This document shows, piece by piece, positions 29,915-38,410 of a stretch of DNA of 64,000 nucleotides. A program made the position numbers and the translations under genes. Positions within the stretch are counted from its first letter, which is position 1. Every line of letters starts with the position of its first letter. Under the pieces are notes generated by a model. The model ran no database searches. It was not told where the DNA came from and was given only the letters and a program-made list of their open reading frames with translations. Origin of the DNA: Truepera sp. (GTDB lineage: Bacteria; Deinococcota; Deinococci; Deinococcales; Trueperaceae); NCBI GenBank assembly GCA_965218435.1, contig CBDCKW010000009.1, positions 896,001 to 960,000 of the forward strand, written 5' to 3'.

Positions 29915-31486
29915 CTACTGCTCGAGGTATGCCCCCTTAAAGATGTTGTTACCTAAAGGAATCTGCACAAACCCTTTGACCGACGCTTGGAGCGCGACCG
30001 GATAGGGGGTTTCGTAGAGGAACACGATAGGAGCCGCGTCCATATAGATACTTTGGATTTGGCGGTACTCCTCGGCGCGTTTGGCCGTATCGAGTTCTTT
30101 CTGGCTCTGGGCAAACAGGGTGTCAATCTTGTCACTTTTGAACCCGGTGTGGAGCGATTCGACGTTGTCGTAAACGGCAAAGTACGAGGTGATCTCGCTG
30201 GGGTCGCTGATGTCGTTTGTCCAGCCAGAGACGCGCATATCGAAGTCGTTGTTGCGGTAGCGTTCGGTTTCGGTGGCGGCCTCGAGCTGCTCGACGTTGA
30301 CCTTGACGTTAAGCGTACTCCACATGTCTTGTAACGTGGTTGCCAAGGCCACGTCGTTGGCGCTGCCCGTCGTTGTCAGGATCGAGACACTAAAACCGTC
30401 CGCGTAGCCAGCCTCGGACATGAGTGATTGGGCTTTCTCGAGGTCAAACGGATAGCCCGTCTGCGTATCGTCATAGAGCGGCGTTGTCGAAGACATAAAC
30501 GACTTCATCGGCGTCCCGTTGCCAAACGCCACCACCTGGATGAGCGCCTCTTTGTTGGTCGCGTAGTTGAGCGCCTGCCGGACCCGCACGTCTGCGAGCG
30601 GATTGACCGAGCCGTCGTTGAGTTTCGGGCGGTTGTTCATCAACACCGTATTGACCTGCGTCGAGGGAAACAGCTCCATATCAAGACGCGAATCGGCTTT
30701 GAGTTCGGCAACGCGGCTGAGCGGGATAAACTCGGCACCTTGGATTTCTCCGGACTGAAGCCGCAGAATCCGGGTGTTATCGTCGGCAATGATCTCGAAA
30801 CGCACACGGTCTAGGTACGGTAGCGGCTTCCCGTCAGCACCTTTTTCCCAGTAGTAGGGGTTGCGCCCCAGCACCATAGATGAGCCGCGTTGCCACTCGC
30901 TGACCATAAACGGACCTGAACCTATAGGTTTTTCGGCAAACGCTTCAGCTTTGTCAGCGTCGGTTTTGCCGGGTGCTGCTTCAAACAGGCTTTTAGACAT
31001 AATTGCCGCGTTGAAGGTCGCTAACGCAGCAGGTAAGGTTGCGTCTTGGTGCGCCAGATGAATCGTCACGCCGCTGCCACTAGTATCTACCGAATCAATC
31101 GACGTAAGCAGAAAGTTCCAAATCCCGTTTTCAGGATTACGTGCCCGGTCGAGCGACCACTTCACATCTTCGGGCGTAATCGGCGAACCGTCGGCAAACT
31201 TGATGTTGGGGCGGAGCGTCACCGTATAGGTCAGGCCGTCATCTGACGGGGTAACTTCGGTGGCAAGCCCCGGCTGCACGCCGGTACCGTCTTCGGTGGG
31301 TTGCAAAAGCGTGTCGTAGAGGTTGGTCAGGACCCAAATATCGAGGTTGGCGTCGTTCAGAACAGGGTCTAAAAAGAGCGAGTCGGCGTAGCGGCCGTAG
31401 GTCAGTTCACCGCCGCGCGTCTGTGCGAGCGCATTTCCGAATAAGACCAGACACAAGCTGAGTAGAAGGGGGACGAGTCTTCTCAC
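29915..31486 (-). CDS. Peptide ABC substrate-binding protein (family 5)
   Basis: Signal peptide, DGLTYTVTLR..KFADG, PIGSGPF, VRQALNYA. Confidence 0.92.
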   Translation of the reverse strand: MRRLVPLLLSLCLVLFGNALAQTRGGELTYGRYADSLFLDPVLNDANLDIWVLTNLYDTLLQPTEDGTGVQPGLATEVTPSDDGLTYTVTLRPNIKFADGSPITPEDVKWSLDRARNPENGIWNFLLTSIDSVDTSGSGVTIHLAHQDATLPAALATFNAAIMSKSLFEAAPGKTDADKAEAFAEKPIGSGPFMVSEWQRGSSMVLGRNPYYWEKGADGKPLPYLDRVRFEIIADDNTRILRLQSGEIQGAEFIPLSRVAELKADSRLDMELFPSTQVNTVLMNNRPKLNDGSVNPLADVRVRQALNYATNKEALIQVVAFGNGTPMKSFMSSTTPLYDDTQTGYPFDLEKAQSLMSEAGYADGFSVSILTTTGSANDVALATTLQDMWSTLNVKVNVEQLEAATETERYRNNDFDMRVSGWTNDISDPSEITSYFAVYDNVESLHTGFKSDKIDTLFAQSQKELDTAKRAEEYRQIQSIYMDAAPIVFLYETPYPVALQASVKGFVQIPLGNNIFKGAYLEQ

Positions 31487-31500
31487 AAGCGACCTCCGGG

Positions 31501-31583
31501 TAACAGTCCGCAGATTTCCTGCTAGGGATGACGCAACTGTTATGGCCGACTGTAACAGTTAATCAATATGCAGTCAACTGTTA
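31501..31583. promoter_or_regulatory. Candidate operator cluster of AACTGTTA half-sites
   Basis: AACTGTTA (31535)-N10-TAACAGTT (31553), plus half-sites at 31501 and 31576, just upstream of the SBP gene. Confidence 0.5.
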
Positions 31584-32832
31584 AAATTTTCTTTAACGCC
31601 GAGTGGCAAAAACGGCTGCAACTGCTCAAAAGCCGCGCCGATACTGAGCGTTTGGGCGTCGGTTTGCCGTGCAGTAACTATTTGCAACCCTACCGGTAAG
31701 CCGTCACCAAGGCCGCATGGGACGGAGAGCGCGGGGAGTCCGAGCAGGTTCAAAGGGCCGGTAAAGTGCATTTCGGCAGCTCCTTCGTCACCGGTGACGC
31801 TCGGGTCTTCGGCGGGCGCAACCCACGGCACGGTCGGTGTGAGCAGCGCGTCTACCGCAAGAAAGTGCTCGGCCACGCGGCGCTGCAAGGTTTGCTGAAC
31901 TTTTTGTGCTTTGAGGTAAGTTATAGCGGAGACGGTCAAGCCCTGCTCGAGCTGCGCCAAAGTTCCAGGCGCATAATCCTCTTTACGGTGCAAGGTGTCC
32001 TCGTGAATCAGACTCGCTTCGGGGAGCAACATGTCTAACAGGGCGGGGCTGGCCCCCTCGAGTCCCAGTTCAACTTCGACAATTTCCGCGCCAGCGGCGC
32101 GGAACACGTTACAAGCCTCTGCAAACGCCGCTAAAACAGCAGGCTGAACCTCCGTTTTTTCCAAGTAGCTGGGATCAACGCCGAACCGCAAACCTTCAAG
32201 CGTGATGTCTAACGGAAACGCTCGGCCGGTTAGAACCCCTAGCAGCGCCGCCGCGTCGCGGCAAGTGCGGGCAATCGGCCCTACATGGTCGAGCGACCCC
32301 GACAGCGGAAAAACTCCTTCTGCGTCAACCAAACCGTAACTCGGCTTAAACCCAACAACGCCGCAGTAGGACGCCGGGATCCGGATCGAACCGCCCGTAT
32401 CGGTACCTACCGCCGCAAAACACAGCCCTGCAGCAACCGCCGCTGCGCTGCCACCCGACGAGCCTCCGGCAGTGTGCGCGTGATCCCAAGGGTTGAGCGT
32501 CGGACCGAAGTCCGGGTGGACGACGCCGTAGGCGAACTCGAGCAGATTGGTTTTTCCTAAACTGATCGCGCCCGCTTCTTTCAAGCGGCGCACAACCGCC
32601 GCGTCTTTTGCCGGAACGTGCGCTGCTCTCAATCTGGAACCGTACGTTGTCCGTACCCCGGCGGTATCAACAAGGTCTTTAAGTGCCACCGGAACGCCGT
32701 GCATAAGTCCTCGGTCTAGGCCGCTAAACAGCTCCACTTCGGCGCGTTTCGCCTCTTGTCGCGCTGTTTCTGCAGTCACCGTAACGAACGTGTTGAGCAC
32801 CGGGTTGAGCTGCCCAATCCGGTTTAGCAGCG
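31574..32832 (-). pseudogene. Amidase-signature family enzyme, 5'-truncated
   Basis: GVPVALKD, GGSSGGSAAAV, GTDTGGSIRIPA; the N-terminus is replaced by antisense IS200 sequence. Confidence 0.85.
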
Positions 32833-33277
32833 TTCTGATGTACCACATAGTTTTTCCGGCGAAGCACCGTCGCGCGGTGATAGACGATGAAGTTGACAAC
32901 GTGCTCAAAGAAGTCTGCGTGGAGATTGAGAAGCGTTACGAGATCATATTTTTAGAGATAGGCACAGACAAGGATCATGTCCATTTTCTGGTGCAATCGG
33001 TGCCCACTTACACGGTTGTAAAGATCGTGCGAACGATCAAAAGTATTACCGCACGTGAAGTGTTCCGGCAATGTCCACAAGTCAAGAAGAAGCTTTGGGG
33101 GGGAGAGTTCTGGTCGGATGGCTACTTTGCCAGTACCGTAGGCAAACATGGTGATGAAGGCTTGATAGGCTCGTATGTAAGAAAGCAGGGAAAGCACTAT
33201 CAACAACTGCACCAGACGCAGCAGGGGAGCTTGTTTGACTGGAATACCCCGTCCGCTTGCGGCGGGGTTCTTTATTC
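32828..33277 (+). mobile_element. tnpA: IS200/IS605-family element (tnpA), left end deleted
   Basis: YHIVFPAKHRR, DHVH (HUH), FWSDGYF, YVRKQ; right-end hairpin ACCCCG-CCGC-TT-GCGG-CGGGGT at ~33246-33268. Confidence 0.88.
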
Positions 33278-33576
33278 GTTTTCCCAGCTTCCGCCGCCAT
33301 ACTTTTAGCCTTTTCAGCAGCCCTCAAAGCGTCTTTCTCCGCTTGCTTTGCCTGTGTGATAGCAGCTTCAACACCAAGACCCTTAAAGGTAAGGCTAGCG
33401 ATTTCGTCAACTTGCAACAACACAAGAGTAACTAATCCTGTGACAGCCAGAGGCCAGACAGATATATGAGCAACAGAGAAACCCAACACACCTAGAAGCG
33501 TAAAAGCGACGACTCCAATCTGAGCAATCGCTAGCCACCTTTCAAAAGGTTCTGGCGGCTTCACTTCTTCAGCCAT
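33278..33576 (-). pseudogene. Two-TM plus coiled-coil hypothetical protein, cut by the IS200 right end (cargo of module 2)
   Basis: Two hydrophobic helices then an AQK-rich helix; the reading frame enters the IS hairpin. Confidence 0.6.
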
Positions 33577-33668
33577 CCGAACACTCTTTGGACCTCTCTA
33601 CCAAACAGCAGTTGGGACAGCTCATAGAGGGCCGCAGCTAGTCCAGCCAGAGCGAAAAAGAGCGCCAT
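33561..33668 (-). CDS. Unannotated 35-aa membrane peptide (copy 2)
   Basis: MALFFALAGLAAALYELSQLLFGREVQRVFGWLKK; paralog of 34617-34751 with many synonymous differences. Confidence 0.65.
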   Translation of the reverse strand: MALFFALAGLAAALYELSQLLFGREVQRVFGWLKK

Positions 33669-33693
33669 TTCGACATTTTACTGTGATTGGCAC

Positions 33694-33945
33694 TTAGCCC
33701 TTGATACGGTAGCGCCCCGGCGCACTGCCTCGAGCGAGCTTTACGTCCTCGAGTAGCCCCATCTCGCGCAGACGGGTGAGAGCTGTTTGTACTGATGTCG
33801 GCGTGACCCCTAGCAGCTCGGCCAGCTCACGGACGGTGTAACTCACCGTCCCTTGAGGCCCTAGCCAGACAAAGAGCAGTTTGGTCGTCGGCGCTTCGGC
33901 TTGGAGGGCCGGGGGGAGTGGGGGCGGGTCGGTGAGGACGGTCAT
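33694..33945 (-). CDS. Small winged-HTH protein (copy 2)
   Basis: TVRELAELLGVTPTSVQTALTRLREMGLL; paralog of 34784-35062. Confidence 0.8.
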   Translation of the reverse strand: MTVLTDPPPLPPALQAEAPTTKLLFVWLGPQGTVSYTVRELAELLGVTPTSVQTALTRLREMGLLEDVKLARGSAPGRYRIKG

Positions 33946-33953
33946 AGATGAGG

Positions 33954-34592
33954 TTATCCCTCTTGCATTTGCTGCACTAGTTTGCGTTGAACCTCAGCGG
34001 TTTTTTCGATCAACTTCTTCCATTCGGTTTCGCTCTCCCGATAGTCTTTCTTCACATTGTCGAGCTCAGCCTCACGAGGGTGTAAACTAAATTCGTAAAC
34101 GCCCCACAAACCAAAAGGGACGATTTTCAGGAGATTCTCCACTTTCTTGAAAGCCTTACCTAACTCAACAATATCTGAGTTCTTTTGGATAGAGCCGTCA
34201 AACCATACCGTTAGACGCGCTAAGTCGTAGGTAAACCAAGACTGACGCATGGAACCTAAAGCGTCAAACTTTGATAGCAGCTCTCCAGATTGAACCTTAA
34301 TCTCTTCAGATTTATCATTATCTGAACTTTGATAACGCTCAAAAGTATATGCGTTAGAAATCAATCTATCGACCTCAGCAAAACTTTCAGCCAAAACCTT
34401 TATAAAACCGTCAAGTGCTTGAATTATTTCTTCAGCGTCTCGAGCTTGTTTCTCTAAGAACCACTCGCGGCGCTTATGACTACGCTCAACCTCTTTTGAT
34501 CTTGAGACGAAGTAGTTATTAAGCAAAGCGACCGCTAAAGCCGTAAAACCCCCAACGAGAGCTGACTGAACAGCGACATTAAGTGTAAGCAT
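33954..34592 (-). CDS. AT-rich hypothetical protein with N-terminal TM and helical domain (cargo of module 1)
   Basis: 212-aa intact ORF with a hydrophobic N-terminus; visibly lower GC than host genes. Confidence 0.7.
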   Translation of the reverse strand: MLTLNVAVQSALVGGFTALAVALLNNYFVSRSKEVERSHKRREWFLEKQARDAEEIIQALDGFIKVLAESFAEVDRLISNAYTFERYQSSDNDKSEEIKVQSGELLSKFDALGSMRQSWFTYDLARLTVWFDGSIQKNSDIVELGKAFKKVENLLKIVPFGLWGVYEFSLHPREAELDNVKKDYRESETEWKKLIEKTAEVQRKLVQQMQEG

Positions 34593-34616
34593 TCACGTCC
34601 TAGAACTTGCTCAAGT

Positions 34617-34751
34617 CTACTTTTCTTCACGCTTTCGGGGCTCCCCCGACCTCAACCACTCAAACATTCTTTGGGTCTCTCTACCAAAGAGCAGTTGAGA
34701 CAGCTCAAAGAGGGCTAAAGCCAACCCAGCTAGAGCGAAAAAGAGCACCAT
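34617..34751 (-). CDS. Unannotated 44-aa membrane peptide (copy 1)
   Basis: MVLFFALAGLALALFELSQLLFGRETQRMFEWLRSGEPRKREEK; GGAG 7 nt before the ATG. Confidence 0.7.
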   Translation of the reverse strand: MVLFFALAGLALALFELSQLLFGRETQRMFEWLRSGEPRKREEK

Positions 34752-34783
34752 TTCGATACTCCAGCGGGCATTACCGTTTTCCG

Positions 34784-35062
34784 CTAGTAAGTATATGGTT
34801 CTCCTAATACCTCAAATGTCGGACGCTGCCGGGGCTGCCGCTCGCCGACGTAGCACAGCAGCCCAAGGGCCTCGAGCCGCTTTATCCCCGCTGCAACTGA
34901 AGGCGGCGACGCGCCCAACGCTTCTGCCACGCCGCGCACGGTGTAGCTCACTGTCCCTTGAGGCCGCAGATACACCCACAAGAGCTTCGTTACGGGCGTC
35001 TCAGCGCGGAGCGGCTCAGGTAGCACGTAGGGGTCTCTGTGGGGCTTTCGGGACTGGCTCAT
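34784..35062 (-). CDS. Small winged-HTH protein (copy 1)
   Basis: TKLLWVYLRPQGTVSYTVRGVAEALG...; strong AAAGGA RBS. Confidence 0.8.
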   Translation of the reverse strand: MSQSRKPHRDPYVLPEPLRAETPVTKLLWVYLRPQGTVSYTVRGVAEALGASPPSVAAGIKRLEALGLLCYVGERQPRQRPTFEVLGEPYTY

Positions 35063-35078
35063 AGTTTCCTTTCATCGT

Positions 35079-35300
35079 GGCAGGGTTCCGCCGCGAGTGT
35101 AGCAATGCGGCGCAGGACTGCCCAACTCTCTCACTGACGACGCGACGGCACAAACGACTAGAGGCAGGGTTCCCCGGCACGAGCGGAGCGATGTAGCGTG
35201 GACTGCCGTTTCGCGCTCACTGTAAACGCAGCGGTGCGGAGGCGGCCAACCGCCGCCCCCGCTAGGTTAAAGGCCCTAGTGGGCCTGACCTGGCACGCGG
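35079..35300. repeat. Two degenerate tandem hairpin units plus a branched hairpin
   Basis: GGCAGGGTTCC..TGTAGC..GGACTGCC..CTCACTG at 35079 and 35163 (period 84), then GC-rich stems to 35300. Confidence 0.7.
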
Positions 35301-35302
35301 AC

Positions 35303-35671
35303 TTAATACTCGCTCGGCAACATCACCACCCATTCGCCCCCGGCGTCTTGCAAGTAGAGCTTGGTGAACCCCAACGGAAAGTCCGTAAAAGGGATGTGCT
35401 GAGCGTGATACACGGTCTTGGGTTCGCGCCCGTCATGAAGCTCGAGCGCCCCTTTACGCGCCGCTACTTTCAGCTCGAGCACCGCAAAATCATCGTCAAT
35501 TTTAGAGAGCACACTCCACGCGGGGTCCAGAACCTAGAACGCCCCGGCGTGTTCGGCTAAGTAATACGCCCCGTCGGTGCCTAACAAGCCGGGGTGCGTG
35601 CGGTGGTAGCTTTCAGAACCGCTAAAGTGCGCGAGGTTTACGGCAAGTTCGGCAGGAGAGAGGCGCATCAT
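35303..35671 (-). pseudogene. DUF6876-like protein with internal TAG
   Basis: LAHFSGSESYHR..TDGAYYLAEHAGAF*VLD..IPFTDFP..MLPSEY; the stop replaces the family's Trp. Confidence 0.7.
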
Positions 35672-36050
35672 CTGCGCCCCTCGGGTAAGTGCCGACTCAG
35701 CACAATCTGCGGCTCGACGGCAACAGTTACGAACCCCAACGGTCGACCTTCGTCCGCACGAGACTAGACAAGCTGACCAAACGCCCGGTGGGGGTCGTAA
35801 TCGTAGGTGGTGAGCATCCGCACGCCGACGCCGTGCGCGGGGCAGCGGTCGCCGGTCTGCTGGACGTAGGTGAGGGCGTCACGCCGTAAAGCAGCTTCAC
35901 AGGCCTCGAGCCCGCACTCAGCTCTTTAAGGGTTGTAAGCAGCTCGGCGTTTTGGTTTTCAAACGCCCGTTTTTCTTCTTTCATGGCTTCTTCGGCGCTT
36001 GCTAAGAGGCGGCGCAAACTCGCCACCTCATAAACTCTCTCTTGAATCAC
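35668..36050 (-). pseudogene. Degraded phage/plasmid-type coiled-coil gene
   Basis: Coiled-coil N-terminus, apparent frameshift near 35905, start/stop overlaps with both neighbours. Confidence 0.45.
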
Positions 36051-36141
36051 GCCGTCACCGGCCAGAAGGGGTCGTCTTCAGGGTCTAGGGGCTCGAGCAC
36101 GATAATCGGCGGCAGCTCGTCGTCTTCCTCGGCGGCAAGCC

Positions 36142-36454
36142 TTGCTTGAACTGCTCGACGACCGTTACGAACGCGGCTCAACCTTGATCGCCAGCCAGCT
36201 TCCAGTGGAGAGCTGGTACGAGTTTCTCGGTGACCCCACCTTAGCCGACGCTATTCTCGACCGCGTGCTGCATAGTGCCTACCGCCTTGAACTCAAAGGG
36301 GAAAGTTTAAGAAAGCGCAGACGCTTGACGAAAGAGGAGGTGACTGCGCCATAATAACGAAGCTTGCGTCGCTTCGCTCCGAGACTGGTCAGATTCGGTA
36401 AATTGCGTGGTCACGTCGCTGTAAATTGACTGCCCAAATTCGGTGGAATACGCA
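36142..36454 (+). mobile_element. istB: IS21-family remnant: istB 3' fragment and right end
   Basis: LLDDRYERGSTLIASQLP..W..DPTLADAILDR..GESLR; internal repeats ending GGAATACGCA. Confidence 0.88.
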
Positions 36455-36487
36455 GGTTGCTTAGAAAGTTGTTTCGCAGATGATTCA

Positions 36488-36925
36488 GTGAGCAGATTCA
36501 AAAGATTATCGCATAGCATCTATGAATGCAAATACCACGTGGTGTTCTGCCCGAAGTACAGGTTTCGGGTGCTGAAAGGAGAAGTCGGAGCGTACACGGA
36601 ACGCCTGCTCTACAAACTGGTGGAACAGAAAGCGGGCGTAGAAGTGCTAGAGCTAAACGTGCAGGCGGACCATGTCCACGCGGTGCTGAAAGTAGCGCCG
36701 AAGTACGCAGTATCAAGCGTCATGGGCTACCTGAAAGGAAAAGCGAGTATTCGTCTGTTCCAGCGCTACGAGAAGCTGGGAAAGCGGTACTGGGGTCGCC
36801 ACCTGTGGAGCCGAGGCTACTGCGTGAGTACGGTGGGGCTGGACGAAGAGAAAATCAGGAAGTATGTGAAATGGCAGGAGGCTAAGGAGAAGCAGCTTGA
36901 ACAACAAGGCTTGTTCAAGGAGTAA
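36488..36925 (+). CDS. tnpA: IS200/IS605-family transposase TnpA (apparently intact ORF)
   Basis: CKYHVVFCPKYR, DHVH, LWSRGY, IRKYVKWQE; hairpins downstream. Confidence 0.92.
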   Translation: MSRFKRLSHSIYECKYHVVFCPKYRFRVLKGEVGAYTERLLYKLVEQKAGVEVLELNVQADHVHAVLKVAPKYAVSSVMGYLKGKASIRLFQRYEKLGKRYWGRHLWSRGYCVSTVGLDEEKIRKYVKWQEAKEKQLEQQGLFKE

Positions 36926-37084
36926 CTAAAACCACTTGCCACCTTTCAGGGGCAGATGCCCAAGCCACTATCTCTGGTGGTGGTACTTTGACTAACGGCA
37001 AAAGCAAACGGTAACACTTTAACCGCTGACGCACATAAAAATAGACTTGCCGCAACAAAGCTGCGAGGGCTCGAGTCCAACCCG

Positions 37085-38345
37085 TAGGGCCACCGCAAAG
37101 TCAGGAAGCGAGGAGTTTAAGGAGGTAGTCGCGGTCCCAGCCTGCGCGTAAGCGTTTGGCTTCGACACCTGCCTTGATGGTTTTGTTTCGTTTCAGCAGG
37201 TTCATGGCGAGATGTCTAAGCGCGACCCAGGTCGCTTGGGCGTTTTTGAGACGTGTGCGCGGGCGGTCTTCGTCAAAAGCCACATCCAACACCCAATGTA
37301 GGCCGTTTTCGATACCCCAGTGAAAGCGTACCGTTCGGAGAATACGCTCGGCATCGAGTGGCAAGCTGGTGATGAAGTAACGGCTGTGCGCGGTTGTGTG
37401 GTTGCCGACTGTACGGCTTGCGTAGACGCGCACGATGCTGGTCAAGTCGCGCCAGCTCTCACGTTCATGCAGCCACTCGGGAACCGCCAACACCCGGCAT
37501 TCGCGTGTTTCACTGCGTCCATGCCCCTGCTCAGTCGTTTGGGTGTGGCTATGTTCAAGCTCCCAGTTGACTTTATCGGCGTAGCCGAAGAAGCCCTTGA
37601 CATCTTCAAACAGCGTGGGGTGGTTGTCCTTGAGCGCCAGCAAGTAATGTACTAGGCCCACGAGGGCCGGGCTTTGCCCGTACTAGATGCTCTCGAACCG
37701 TCCACGCCACCTGCTTGTGTTCCCATAGCGTCTGTGGTGACAACCGCCCCGGCGGGGTTGACAACTTCCAACAGTTCGGGGATGACGGTGATCTCGTTTG
37801 TCTTCTCCGGCACCTGCTGTTGGGCTAAGACAACCTCAAGCGTCTTGGACAAAACGGCATGTTCGGCTTGCGCCTCCACCGGGCCTGTCCGCTGACTCGA
37901 CCATACACTTACCGTGTGCAGTGCCCCTTCTTTGCCAGCAGAGCCTCTAGCACTCTTGCCGTCAAGCGCCAGCACCTCATCCTCTCCTTCAGCCAACGCC
38001 GGTAGCACCAGCGTCTGGGTTCAAGACAAAAAACGCGACTGCCAAGCGTCTGGACTCAGCACTGCAAACACCCGCTCAAACGTGGCTTGACTCGGTATCC
38101 CAGAAGGTAACTTTAGAAAGCTACGCAACCACGTCTCGTGTGCTAAGGCGTACTGATGTATCTGGCTATACGTGTTCGCCCCGCAGATAACCGCCAAAAT
38201 GCTGATGCACACAATGTCTACTAGCTCATGCCGAATCCCACGGCGATCACGCGGGTCGGGTAAGTTGGCAAAGTGCTTGATCAGTTCAGGTAAGTCTCGT
38301 TCTGTCATCCACCAACTCTACGTTGCCGACTTTGCGGTTGCCCTG
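37085..38345 (-). mobile_element. ISAs1-family IS, transposase inactivated
   Basis: 18-bp IRs (C/T)AGGGC(A/C)ACCGCAAAGTC; DPR, DGKS, NEIT, DAMG, HWGIENGLHWVLDV motifs; internal TGA, frameshifts and two short insertions. Confidence 0.92.
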
Positions 38346-38410
38346 CCAGAAAAGCTTGATCATCGCCTGCCAGCGTCCGTTACTTGACCCCACCCGCGTA
38401 AGCTGAACAG

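Noticed and set aside
32547..33308. 253-aa ORF as an extended TnpA fusion
   Set aside because: Its first ~95 aa are antisense amidase sequence joined by the deletion.
33580..34756. 94-bp repeat as an integron attC-like recombination site
   Set aside because: It has no RYYYAAC/GTTRRRY palindromic ends, and the substitution pattern fits a coding peptide.
35533..35537. In-frame TAG in the DUF6876-like gene as pyrrolysine or readthrough
   Set aside because: A single TGG-to-TAG change in a decaying region with other broken genes is the simpler explanation.
37668..37680. CGGGCTTTGCCCG resembles an arm of the AAV ITR
   Set aside because: A 13-bp GC-rich palindrome can match by chance; no other viral or vector sequence is present.
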